64,000 bases of DNA from Octopus vulgaris (lineage: Eukaryota), in the NCBI GenBank assembly GCA_951406725.2, contig OX597825.1:80290001-80354000 (forward strand). Direction: 5' to 3'. Under the pieces are notes generated by a model, which did not search any database, was not told where the DNA came from, and worked only from the letters and a program-made list of their open reading frames with translations. The position numbers and the translations under genes are program-made. Shown here in pieces: positions 39,709 to 51,180 of this stretch; position 1 is the first letter of the stretch; every line of letters begins with the position of its first letter.

Positions 39709-40091
39709 TCTCTCTCTATAAAGCTGAAGTTGTCTGTGTATGGCAGGTTTGGTAGCCTTCAACTAACACTATCTCCTCCGAGACCCTGCGGCGCAAGTTG
39801 ACCAAAATTGAGAGTATGATAGAAGAAGGCCTGCTCTTCATTCTGTAGAAGATCAAATTGGATCATGTTAACACCAAAAATTATTTACATCAAAAAGATG
39901 CTTTTTTTCTATGCAAATCCCTATTTTTTACGTTTTTTGACTGGTGTGTCGCTATTTTTCGGTGTATTTCAACCAGAAAAATGTTCACTTAAAGAGAATA
40001 ACAAGCTACATAATGCCAAATTTTTACTTTTCAAAAATTCCAATTCTAAAGGTTCGGAACAGACCCGAGCAACGCCGGGCGATACTGCTAG
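39709..40091 (+). mobile_element. Non-autonomous Helitron, complete
   Basis: 5' a|TCtctctctataaagctgaagttgtctgt; 3' GC-rich hairpin cccgagcaacgccggg followed by CTAG|t; inserted between A and T with no TSD. Confidence 0.85.
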
Positions 40092-40182
40092 TAGTTACTA
40101 AATGTACCTGCCGTGATCCGTTGGGTCACAACCACTCCAAGTTGAAAATGTCGATACGGGAAAGGAAAAAATACTATTTCGA

Positions 40183-40710
40183 ACTTAATGCAATAAAATT
40201 CTTAAATAATAACAGTTCTTCTGCCTTTGATGTGACAACATAAACACAACCAAGTGTTTCTTCTTTGAAAACATTCAAATGGCCTTCAACAGTTTTTCCT
40301 CGCTTCCTTCTTTGCCATTCTTTGTCCTTAACTGTTCCAAGTGAAATACATGGGCGCTTCAGCATAAAGTAATGTTTTTTTGCAAAGTCAACATTCTGTC
40401 AATATTGTCCTCATATGTCGTTCATTGACAGCCATAAATATCCTCATTATTTCTGAGCAAATATTGTCTGTTCCTCTGCTTAGATGAACTTGCAGTCTCA
40501 CTATTGCAGGTGCTCCTTTCATGAACTGAAAATCCTAAAATGGATGTAACTGCTTCGGATGGTCCAATATACCTACCTACCTACAAATTATATATTGACC
40601 ATTATAGCAGCTTGGTCATTTCCTTTCAGCGTGTACTTGATGACATATTTAATTGACCTCACTGAGGTTACAATTTCAAGGTACAACCTGAGCACTATAC
40701 ACAATAATTT
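40183..40710 (-). pseudogene. Decayed Helitron RepHel transposase fragment (Rep Y2 motif and Rep-helicase linker)
   Basis: Across frameshifts: EIVTSVRSIKYVIKYTLKGND (KYxxKY catalytic tyrosines), GRYIGPSEAVTSILGFSVHER, PAIVRLQVHL, KTLLYAEAPMYFTWN, KEWQRRKRGKTVEG...LGCVYVV, CYYLRILL, in the canonical Helitron order. Confidence 0.85.
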
Positions 40711-40726
40711 CATCATTATTATTTTT

Positions 40727-40791
<65 letters not shown>

Positions 40792-40941
40792 ACAAAACCA
40801 CTCACAAGCCTTTAGTCGGCCAAGGGCTGTAGTAGAAGACATCTGTCCATGTTGCCACACAGTGGGACTGAACCCTAAGCCAGGTGTTTGGGAAACAAAC
40901 TTCTTACCACACAGCCATGCCTATGGAAGCCGGACGTAAAA

Positions 40942-41007
<66 letters not shown>

Positions 41008-41044
41008 AAATAGTTTTACTGTTGTATCGTCATTATCATGAAAG

Positions 41045-41630
41045 TGGTGAGCAGGCAAAATGGTTAGCACGCCGGGTGAAATGCTTAGCGGCATTTCATC
41101 CATTTGACTGTGGCTATGCTAGAGCACCTTTAGTCAAGCAAATCAACCTCAGGACTTATTCTTTGTAAGCCTAGTGTTTATCCTATCGGTCTTTTTTGCC
41201 AAAACGCTAAGTTACGGGGACGTAAGCACACCAGCATCGGTTGTCAAGCAATATTGGGAGGTGAGGACAAACACAGACATACAAACATATATATATATAT
41301 ATATATATATGACGGGCTTCTTTTAGTTTCCATCTACCAAATCCACTCACAAGGCTTTGGTCGGCCCTAGGCTACAGTAGAAGACACTTGTCCAAGGTGT
41401 CACACTGGGACTGAACCCGCAACCATATGGTTGGTAAGCAAGCTACTTACCACACAGCCACTCCTGTGCCATCTTCACATTCTGAGTTCAAATTCTGCCG
41501 AGGTCCACTTTGTCTTTTATCCTTTCTAGGTCGATAAATTAAGTACCAGTTATGCACGGAGGTCGATGTAATCGATTCAATCCCTTCCCCCAAATTTGAG
41601 GCTTTGCACTTCCAGTAAAAAGGATTATTA
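41045..41630. mobile_element. Family A SINE (minus, about 41101-41470) nested in a family B SINE (plus)
   Basis: Family B head (41045-41100) resumes at about 41470 after a complete antisense family A copy. Confidence 0.8.
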
Positions 41631-42372
41631 TTATCATGAGATTACATGGAATATTGCTTTTTTGGGGGGTGGGGGGTGGGGGTTGTTTGTTTTTGTCCCT
41701 GTATCTAAAATCGAAATTTATAAAAATTAGTCAAAATTTGAAGGAAACTAAATGTGGAAACTGGACAGAAGTGTATGATGAGAATGAGAGGATCTTTCTA
41801 AAGCAGACATTGATGATAAAACGGAAACCGGAGGAAGAGTAACAGGAACAGGGTTGGGATGGGATGGAGTGAAAGTGTAAAAAAAACTGGGGGTGGGGGT
41901 GAAGGTAGGGGCCGATAGCAAAGAAGAGTCAACAAGTGGGGACAGAGGAAGTAGGTTGTCTATCATTTTAAGTCCCCTAACCCCTAACAGTGAGACTTTC
42001 TGCCACTCCTAACTGACATACTTAGGTCAATGCTGATAATTACATATTAATAACATAATCATAAATAGTTGGGCAGTCAAACTTCCTGTTATCACAGAGG
42101 AAAACACACACACACACACATCAATAAATAAATAAATAAAAAGTATTTTGTATGGAAAACAATAGTTAAAAAGCAGTCTAAAGGTCCCACCAAAAATTAG
42201 GGTCAGAGAATATAAAAATATTCTGGTGAAGATTTTTATACAAAATTTTGTTGTTTTAAAGAGAAATATCAGAATTTCGAGAGAATATTTTCCAGACATA
42301 AGCATAATTTAATGAGAGGAAGGGGGTAATTAAATAGCAGATTTCTTATGATAGAAATAATGTTAATTATCC

Positions 42373-42403
<31 letters not shown>

Positions 42404-42651
42404 AGTCATTATCACTGTTATTATATCCACTTTTCTGTGCTTGTATGGATCAAATGATGTTTGTTGAGGCAGATTTTCTATGGCCCCCAGATGCTCTTTC
42501 CTGTTGTCAACCCTCGTTTATTTCCAAGCAAAATAATATATTCCCTTAGTCCGGATATATTTTTAAACAAGATTACAAATAAGCGGCGATGCTTGTATGA
42601 CACTGACAAGTTTGTTTACATTTGGTACATTATATCAAGGAGACACATGCC

Positions 42652-42719
<68 letters not shown>

Positions 42720-43846
42720 CATGATGGGCCTCTACACAGTTTCTGTCTTTGAAATTCACTCACAAGATTTTGGTTACACTTGGGTTATAGTAGAAGACAC
42801 TTGCCCAAGGTATACCACACAGTGGGACGGAACCTGCAACCATTTGACTATAAAGCAGACTTCTTAACCACGCAGCCATACCTGAACCTAGAATCCTTTC
42901 TACTTTTAGGAACAAGACTTGAAATTTTGAGAGAAGGGTCAATTACATCAACCCCAGAGTTGGTTCAACAGGTATTTATTTTATCGACTTGGTTCCAGTG
43001 ACAGTAAATCAGCATCAAATCTTCTCTGGATAAGATGCTAGTCTCCAACAGATAACTTTCCCTCCAGGAAGAATTTACCTCCTCGTTACAAGCCAAAGAA
43101 AAAAATTATCAATTTTACAGCACATCCACTGTTTATGGTAATGGATTACATATCATTAAGTGGTATCTTTTAACAGCCAAGTGGTCTGGGATACCAAAGA
43201 AGCAACTGTCTTCTCTACAAACTCAATTTAATAGCAATCAAAGTGTATGAGACTGACTACGTCTCAGCTGGTTGTCTAGCATTCTGTTGACACAAGCCAT
43301 CCGCGTCTTTTAACGGAAAGTGATACATCAAAGATATTTATATAATAAGAATACAATTAACTGTTTTAATAAAACCTTAAAATACATTTTGGGGACTTCA
43401 AAAGAATGAAAGGGAATTTGCTAAACTCCACAGGCCCACTGGCCCAGATAGCATGATTGTTCCACCTGTTTTGTATTAGTCAGCCAATTGTATGACCCAG
43501 TTTCAATTCCCAGTTGCAGCCATTCCATTCTGTATCCTTTTGGTGCTGAGAAAAATATTACACACACACCATACTCGATTTTATTTACACACCGACCCTT
43601 ACATTACATAGAATTAACACCCTATGTTTATTTAAGAAATTATTAATCTGCTGAAGAAGTGTTAACAGCCAAGTAGTTAAGGTACCATTATTTCTGGGAA
43701 ATAGGGCAAAAGTTCATACACTTCTCCAGGCATTATAGCTGTGACCCTGTTATTATACAATCTATAATTAGACTCACTTCTTAATTAATAACTAATGATT
43801 ATATCAACAGGTTCTATTCTTCTGACGGTGCGCACGCACACTCACA

Positions 43847-43895
<49 letters not shown>

Positions 43896-46359
43896 ACACA
43901 CACACACACACATACCTTCATTGAACAACATGGTTTTTATACCCTAATTATTGAAACAGAAAACAAAATATCAAACACTTCCAGTTCCACTTGTAAGATG
44001 GGCAAATCCACAGAGTTGCTGCCAGCCAAATCTTAAGAATTAATTGTTCATATTTTGTCACCAGTGCCACATGGTATCCTTACCAAAGATAAGCAAATTC
44101 CAACAGCACAGTTTAGCATTCAAACTGGCCATATCCAGGCAAAATATTCTACCTGGTTTACGTTCAAGCCAGCCAGATTTGGCCTCTCACACCTACCCTA
44201 CAAAGTCTATTTATAAACAATCACATCATCAAAATTTCAAAGATACAAGATAATCCCATGATTCAATCAAAACAATGTGAACAAATAAGCTTTATATTTG
44301 ACGGAATAATCTGAATACTAAAGGGCCAAATCATCATCATCATCATCGTTTTACGTCCGCTTTCCATGCTAGCATGGGTTGGACGAATGACTGAGGGCTG
44401 GCAAGCCAGATGGCTGCATCAGGCTTCAATCTTGATCTGGCAGTTTCTACAACTGGATGCCCTTCCTAACGTCAACCACTCTGAGAGTGTAGTGGGTGCT
44501 TTTACATGCCACCGGGTTGGACGATTTGACTGAAGGCTGGCGAACCAGATGGCTGCACCAGGCTCCAATCTTGATCTGGCAGAGTTTCTACAGCTGTATG
44601 CCCTTCCTAACGCCAACCACTCTGAGAGTGTAGAGGGGGCCAGTCAGGCGGTACTGGCAACGACCTTGCTCGAATCTTTATACACATGCCACCAGCACAG
44701 GTGCCAGTAGGCAATGCTGGTAACGATCATGCTTGAATGGTGTGTTTTACATGCCACCAGCACGAAAGCCAGTTAGCTGCTCTGGCAATGATCATGCAAA
44801 TAACTGTAAAAAAAACCCATCAATGTTGAATTATGTATATTGTTTCATATTTGAAAGCACCTTTTGATGCCAACCCACCTGAGACCACCACTTCTGGTTC
44901 TAGAATAGAACTTCCAGTGTAAAGTAAATCAAAAGCCTTTCATCATAAATTAACATGAAATTTTTATGCATAAAAGTTTTGGATCTCTTTGCAGTGTTTG
45001 ATGCCTTTCCACCCTGATCCAGACACAGAAAAACCTTGTTTTTCTATTTGACTCTTAATGCTGTTTCACTTTCTCTTAGCAGACATGCCAACTCAGTTTA
45101 TTTCTAAGATGCAAACATGAAATGATGCCGTATTCAAAATGAAGTTGTACTGTAATGAAGCCATACACAAACTGAAACCATACTCAAAATGAAGTCATAC
45201 TCAATGTAATATCAAACTACACCACCACCACCACTACTACCATCACCACCACCACCACAACCACCACCATCATCATCAGTGTTTTACATCTGCTTTTCCA
45301 TGCCAGTATGGGTCGAATAGTTTTTCTGAGGAAGTGTTTTAAGGCCAGATACCCTTGCTATTGCCAACCATTTTAGTCCCCTCTTATAACACACAGGAAC
45401 ATGGTGTACATATTCTAAAAACAGGATACATGTGGTAATGACCTTTCTTATTTTAAGTCAGCATATATGACTGGAGGGAGATTTAGCTACTATTTCTAGC
45501 AGCTCAAGGGACTTTATATGGGTTCTCTTGTTGGCTGATATACAGACAAGGCAGTGAAGGAATTTCTACATGTTCACCAAACTGTCCAAAGTAATTGGTA
45601 ATTCTTGAATATAATTACAAAATCTCCTTCCATATATTTGCCAAACCACCATGAAGAGTTCACAGACGTCAAATGTTTCAAATGATGCCAATGGTAGAAT
45701 GGAATAGCTACAGTGAGAGGTTGGTTTAGACATGATCCGTTCTTCGTTGGTATTTTGCTCTGAGGCATTCCACTGATTATCTGCTTGACATAGGTCTGGA
45801 AATGCTATCAAAAAAGTTTGACTCCTGCTAATCAACAGCGCCAACATAGACGACAAAAGTGGAAGCAACAGCTAAAATATACAAGAGATAACAAGCAGGA
45901 ATTTCAAAAGTAACACTAACAGACACAGACATGGATGTTGGTGCAAGAATGGCTGTGGGGTTGAGAACTTTGCTTCCCAACCATGTGGTCTTGGGTTCAC
46001 TTCCACTGCATGACACCTGGGACAAGTGTCTTCTAATATCAGCCCCAGACTAACCAAAACCTTGTGAGTGGATTTGGTAGATTGAAACTGAAAGAAGCTT
46101 GTCATGCGTGTGTGTTCTTGCCTTGACATCATGTGATAGTCGTGAGTGAGTATCAGTCATGCAAGTGATGTTCTTTGTTTCAAAACATCTTTGGTGAAGG
46201 GAAAATATTACCTTACTTTGGAAACACGTGAGGGTTGGAGACAGGAAAAGCATCCGCCTGTAGAAAATCTAGCATTATGAAGTCTGTCCATCCCATGCAA
46301 GCATAGAAATATGGACATTAAATAAAGATGTCTATATGTCTTTGTGTATGTTTATGTGA

Positions 46360-46681
46360 AGGCACATGGCCCAGTGGTTAGAGTGTCGATCTTACGATCG
46401 TGAGGTTGTGAGTTCAAATCCCGGACCGGGCTGTGTGTTGTATTCTTGAGCAAGACACTTTATTTCACGTTGCTCTAGTTCACTCAGCTGTAGAAATGAG
46501 TTGTGACGTCACAGGTGCCAAGCTGTATCGACCCCTTGGATAACACTGGTGGCGTGGAGAGGGGAGACTGGTATGCATGAGTGACTGCTGGTCTTCTATA
46601 AACAACCTTGCCCGGACTTGTGCCTGAGAGAGTAACTTTCTAGGTGCAATCCCACAGTCAGTCATGACCAAAGGGGGTCTC
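46360..46681 (+). mobile_element. tRNA-derived SINE, family D
   Basis: A box tggcccagtggttag, B box gagttcaaatccc, then cttgagcaagacacttta; partial copies at about 15730-15910 and 28910-29145 (minus). Confidence 0.8.
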
Positions 46682-49624
46682 AATCTTTATGCAATTGTGT
46701 CTCCTTGTCTTAACATTGTGTAACAGTCGTAAACAAGTATCATTGTCATACAAGCAGTCATGTCATTCGTTTTCAGTTTCCCATGGAAACACACGCAACC
46801 TTGGGGAAATAGTATCTTTCTTGGAAACAGGTGAGGATTGGTAACAAGAAAGGCATCTGGCTGTGGAAAATCTGATTCAATAAATTCCATCTGACCGATG
46901 CAAGCATAGAAAACATGAATTAAAATGACTGATCGCTATCATCCTTTTGGGGTTGATAAATTAAGTATCAGTGAAATTCTGGGGTCAATGTAATTGACTA
47001 GTCCTCTTCCCCAAAATTTCAGCCCTTGTGCCTATAATAGAAAAGATTTGGCATTAGGAAGGGCATCCAGCTGTAGAAACCTTGCCAGATCAGATTGGAG
47101 CTTGGTACACAGCCTTCTGGCTTGCCAGTCCTCAGTCAGACCATCCAACCCATGCCAGCATGGGAAGCGGACGTTAAACAGTGGTGGTGGTGGTGGCGAC
47201 GTCGGTGGTAGTGGCGATGCCGGTGGTGGTGAGGTGATGATGATATGATGATAATGTTGATGATGCTGATGTTGGGTGGTGGTGGTGATGGGGTGATGTA
47301 ATCGACTTTTCCCCTTGCCCCCCAAAACTGCTGGCCTTGAGCCAAAATTTTGAAACCAATACTGAATATAATGTTAGCACCAGCATAAAATAGTTTTAGG
47401 TTTACAACTGTTTATATATCCAAGGAACAAAAGAAACAAACACACCACCACCATTCAAATAAAACTGCCAGATTTTAAGCAGGTCAAAAACTGGCTGCTC
47501 AGATTGTCAACCCTCCAAAAGTTTACATTCTTGAATCCTAAAAATAAAAAAAAAATTTTTGGAATTTATTCCTTTTTTTTCTTCTACTTTTTATATATGT
47601 GTGTGTATATTTGGGGGTGAGGGACGGGGTTCATAAGAAAAACATCAACAAATAATATGAAGTGTTTCAGTTTTAGTTGACACTATTAAAGCATATCTGG
47701 AAAAATAAAAGTGAAAAAATAAGGAATTAAATAAACAGGGAGTTGAGGAGAAAGGAGAGGGGGAAGAAGAAAGAAATGAAGAAAAACAGGGAGCAAAGAA
47801 GGACTCCTGAAGAAATTAATTTTTTTTTTTTCTAAACTCAGCTGTATGTTTACCATCTTTGTAGACTTAATAGGAATAACACAGCATTATCTTTTGGTTC
47901 AGTTTTAATGTTGCCAGAACGGAGTGTGCATGCGTATGTGTGTGTGTGTGTGAATGTGCACACATTGCATTCTTTTTATTTATCTAGCAATAACACGATG
48001 TAATGAAATATTTAACAGGAATATTTTTATTTATTGCGGAGTAAAAAAAGAAAAAAAAATCTCAATTATCACCAAAATCTAGCAAAATATACCAACAGTT
48101 TGAGGATAGAAGAGAGGCAGGCATACACACACACACACATATATATATATATGCATAGAGGCATACTAACCAACTCATCCAAATATAAGTATATATACAC
48201 ACACACACATGGCATACTGTATTTGATGACATATAAAACGCATATTTTCAAGGAAAAAAATATGTCCCCCACCCAAAAAAAATCACCAATCTTAGTCCTA
48301 AATGCAAAGTTGAGCCTATATTACATGGTTTAATACATTAAAACTTTTTATTGCTGAATATGTGCTGCCTACAAAACCTCAAGTTACAAGGGACAGAATA
48401 AAACTGTTTTAAATAGTAATGTATGGAACTCTTCCGAAATTTGAGTGCCTTTTTCTTTTGTTTGTCCACTCACCCTTATATGCATATAAAGATATACGTA
48501 TACATACATACAAACAAATCTGCACACATACACACACATATACATACATACAAAAATACTCTGTTGTTGATGTTGAAATTCCAATGAACGAGCCTTGGAT
48601 CTAGGTTAGAAACCAGCTCTTTCTCTATTGGCATAATGACGTGTGTGTGCGTGTGTATGTATATATGTATAATAATATATATATGCATATATACATATGT
48701 ATATGTACATACTTACATCTATACGTATATATATATATATATATGCATATATGAGCACAGGACGTCATGAAATGTGTACAACAAAAAATACGAAGTACAA
48801 GTACATGGAACATGAACTATTTTTTCGAACAACAAAAGACACAAATGGAAAATAAGACAAACAACATAAAGAACGACCCTTCATCAGTTGTTGGCTGTTT
48901 TTCTAGTCTCGTATTTTGAGCATTTCACAACATGATACGCTTTCGATAAAATAGTTGCTCCCACAAAGCAAATTAAATAAAATTTGGGATTTTGCTGAGG
49001 GTCCAAATTGGTAACAAAAACAGGACAGTGAAAACAAACAGGAAGGGCTGCTAAGCCTAAACAAGGTTTTGGTGGCGTTAGGAAGGGCATCCAGCTGTAG
49101 AAACTCTGCCAGATCAGATTGGAGCCTGGCGCAGCTATCTGGTTCGCCAGTCCTCAGTCAAATCGTCCAACCCATGCTAGCATGAAAAGCGGACGTTAAA
49201 CGATGATAATGATGATGATGATGATGATATATATAGCCTTTTTTGGCATAAAAGACACACAGACATGTTACACACAAGCCAATTTCAACAGTGTATATTC
49301 AAGGAAAAAAGTTTTTAGCACATTAGAGTATGTAATATGCAGCCAACTTCACATATAGGACCAGGAGTGATTTTTGGGGACATTTTTGGAGGGACAAATG
49401 TGTGTCATATAAGCTATCAAATGCAGTAGCTGTCATACTATATTATTAACTACAAGAAGTTAATTCTGCTGATGAGCAATGCTTCACCACCATTTCATCA
49501 TCATCATCGTTTAACGTCCGCTTTCCATGCTAGCATGGGTTGGACAGTTTGACTGTGGGCTGGCGAACCAGATGGCTGCACCAGGCTCCAGTCTTGATCT
49601 GGCATTGTTTCTACAGCTGATTGT

Positions 49625-49880
49625 TTTCTATTTTCTGTCTCTTCTCTACTACAATGACCACTGCTCCACTGGACTAGCAAGTTGCATACCATTCCTACTC
49701 AAGCTCTTCCTGACTGATGTTCTCATTTCTTCTCAGCCTTAAAGTGACTCACCCCCACCTGAAATTATTCCAAGTCATTCCTCCTCTCCTTAGCTGCAAA
49801 CCCCAAGAACCTTCCCCATCCAGTGTCCCGCAACCCACTTTTTTTATGCAGTCTGCAGATGTTGGTCTTCAGAAATTCCA
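49625..49880 (+). pseudogene. Decayed CR1/Jockey-group LINE ORF2 C-terminal remnant
   Basis: YYNDHCSTGLASCIP and YSKSFL...KNLP resemble the YRYxxGxCSxELAxxIP...YxxSFxP...WNxLP C-terminal pattern. Confidence 0.45.
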
Positions 49881-50639
49881 AGGAAATAACCACAATGAAA
49901 TTAGTTTTTTAGAGAATTAAATGACTGAACAGGCAAAAAAACTTCTTGTAAGTATTTCTTCTCGCAGATTTATTCTTATCATGCCAAACACTGGATTCTG
50001 GCAGCCTACAAGACATTCACATTTACAACAGTTGTAATAATTTCTCAGAAGAATATTCTGTTCACTTTTCTTGAAAAAACATGATAGGTTTGATATCTCT
50101 CCCCTGTAAATTGGAACTCAAAGTTGTCTTGCTGAGAGAACACAGAAACAAAGATATGTTTTCTCCAATTAAACTTGGTAATCAGATATAGTATATCAAT
50201 GTACTTTCAGAGTTCCTTCTTCAGCAAACTAATCACTTGTTGGAATTTTTCCAAAGGAAGAATTTTGTAAGCTATTAGTTTTGTAAGAAATAAGCTACAA
50301 GATAAATTACAAACACGAAACAACACAAAAATGAAGTCCATGAAATGGGCAAGTTTAGGGAGCAGTTAATGAGAATTCTGTAATATAGGAATTGGTATTT
50401 ACCATTTTAGAGTAAAACCAGACAAAGAAAAGAGAGGAATGTGTTAATAATAGAATACAAAGGCCTTTAGGAAATGCATTTAACTAAATAATGTAAAAAT
50501 AGAAGAAAATAGATAAAAAATATATATATATAATAATAATACAATAAATATGTATATCTCTGGAGATGAGAACAATCTTAGCAAAATTATTTGCGAGATG
50601 TTTGCTTCAACAGTCTTTAGTAAACTGTCAAAGATATTT

Positions 50640-50774
50640 GTCCTCATCTTGTTTGTTGTAAATACGTTTCGGCTGATATACCATCCAGCCTTCTTCAGGT
50701 ATCTTGGGGAAATTTCGAACCTGGGTTCTCATTCCTAAGGTATTTTTCGATGTTGCTGCTGTTGTTTATTATTA

Positions 50775-50836
<62 letters not shown>

Positions 50837-51028
50837 CATTATTATTATTATCATCATTATTAATCATTATTATTAATTATTATTAACTACTACTACTACT
50901 ACTACAACTACTTCAACTATTACTACTACTTCAACTACTACTACTACTACTACTAATATTATTATTCAGGTCACCTGATGAAGGCTGGAGGGTATATCAG
51001 CCATGTTAACAACAAACAAGATGAGGAC
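50640..51028. mobile_element. Inverted pair of Penelope-like terminal repeats around an (ATT)n/(ACT)n tract
   Basis: 50640-50700 and 50973-51028 are reverse complements. Each carries CTGA(A/T)GA-aggctg...cagcc; only the left copy keeps GAAAC. Confidence 0.65.
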
Positions 51029-51092
51029 ACACTGATGCCACCAGTTTCTTGTCCAACCATGTGGTCTAACAAACTCTCTTTTCTCATGGAAA

Positions 51093-51180
51093 TGACGTTG
51101 CTTAGCAACCAATATCACCCACTGTGACATCATGTGACCCTCTGTGACCAATTGTGACCCATCTCCCGGTAGCCATCTTG
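51093..51180. promoter_or_regulatory. Candidate cis-regulatory cluster (RFX X-box, CCAAT, CRE-like, YY1-like)
   Basis: TGACGT 51093-51098, GTTGCTTAGCAAC 51097-51109, CCAAT 51109-51113, TGACATCA, three TGTGACC, and GCCATCTT near 51170, all in unique sequence; motif match only. Confidence 0.3.
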
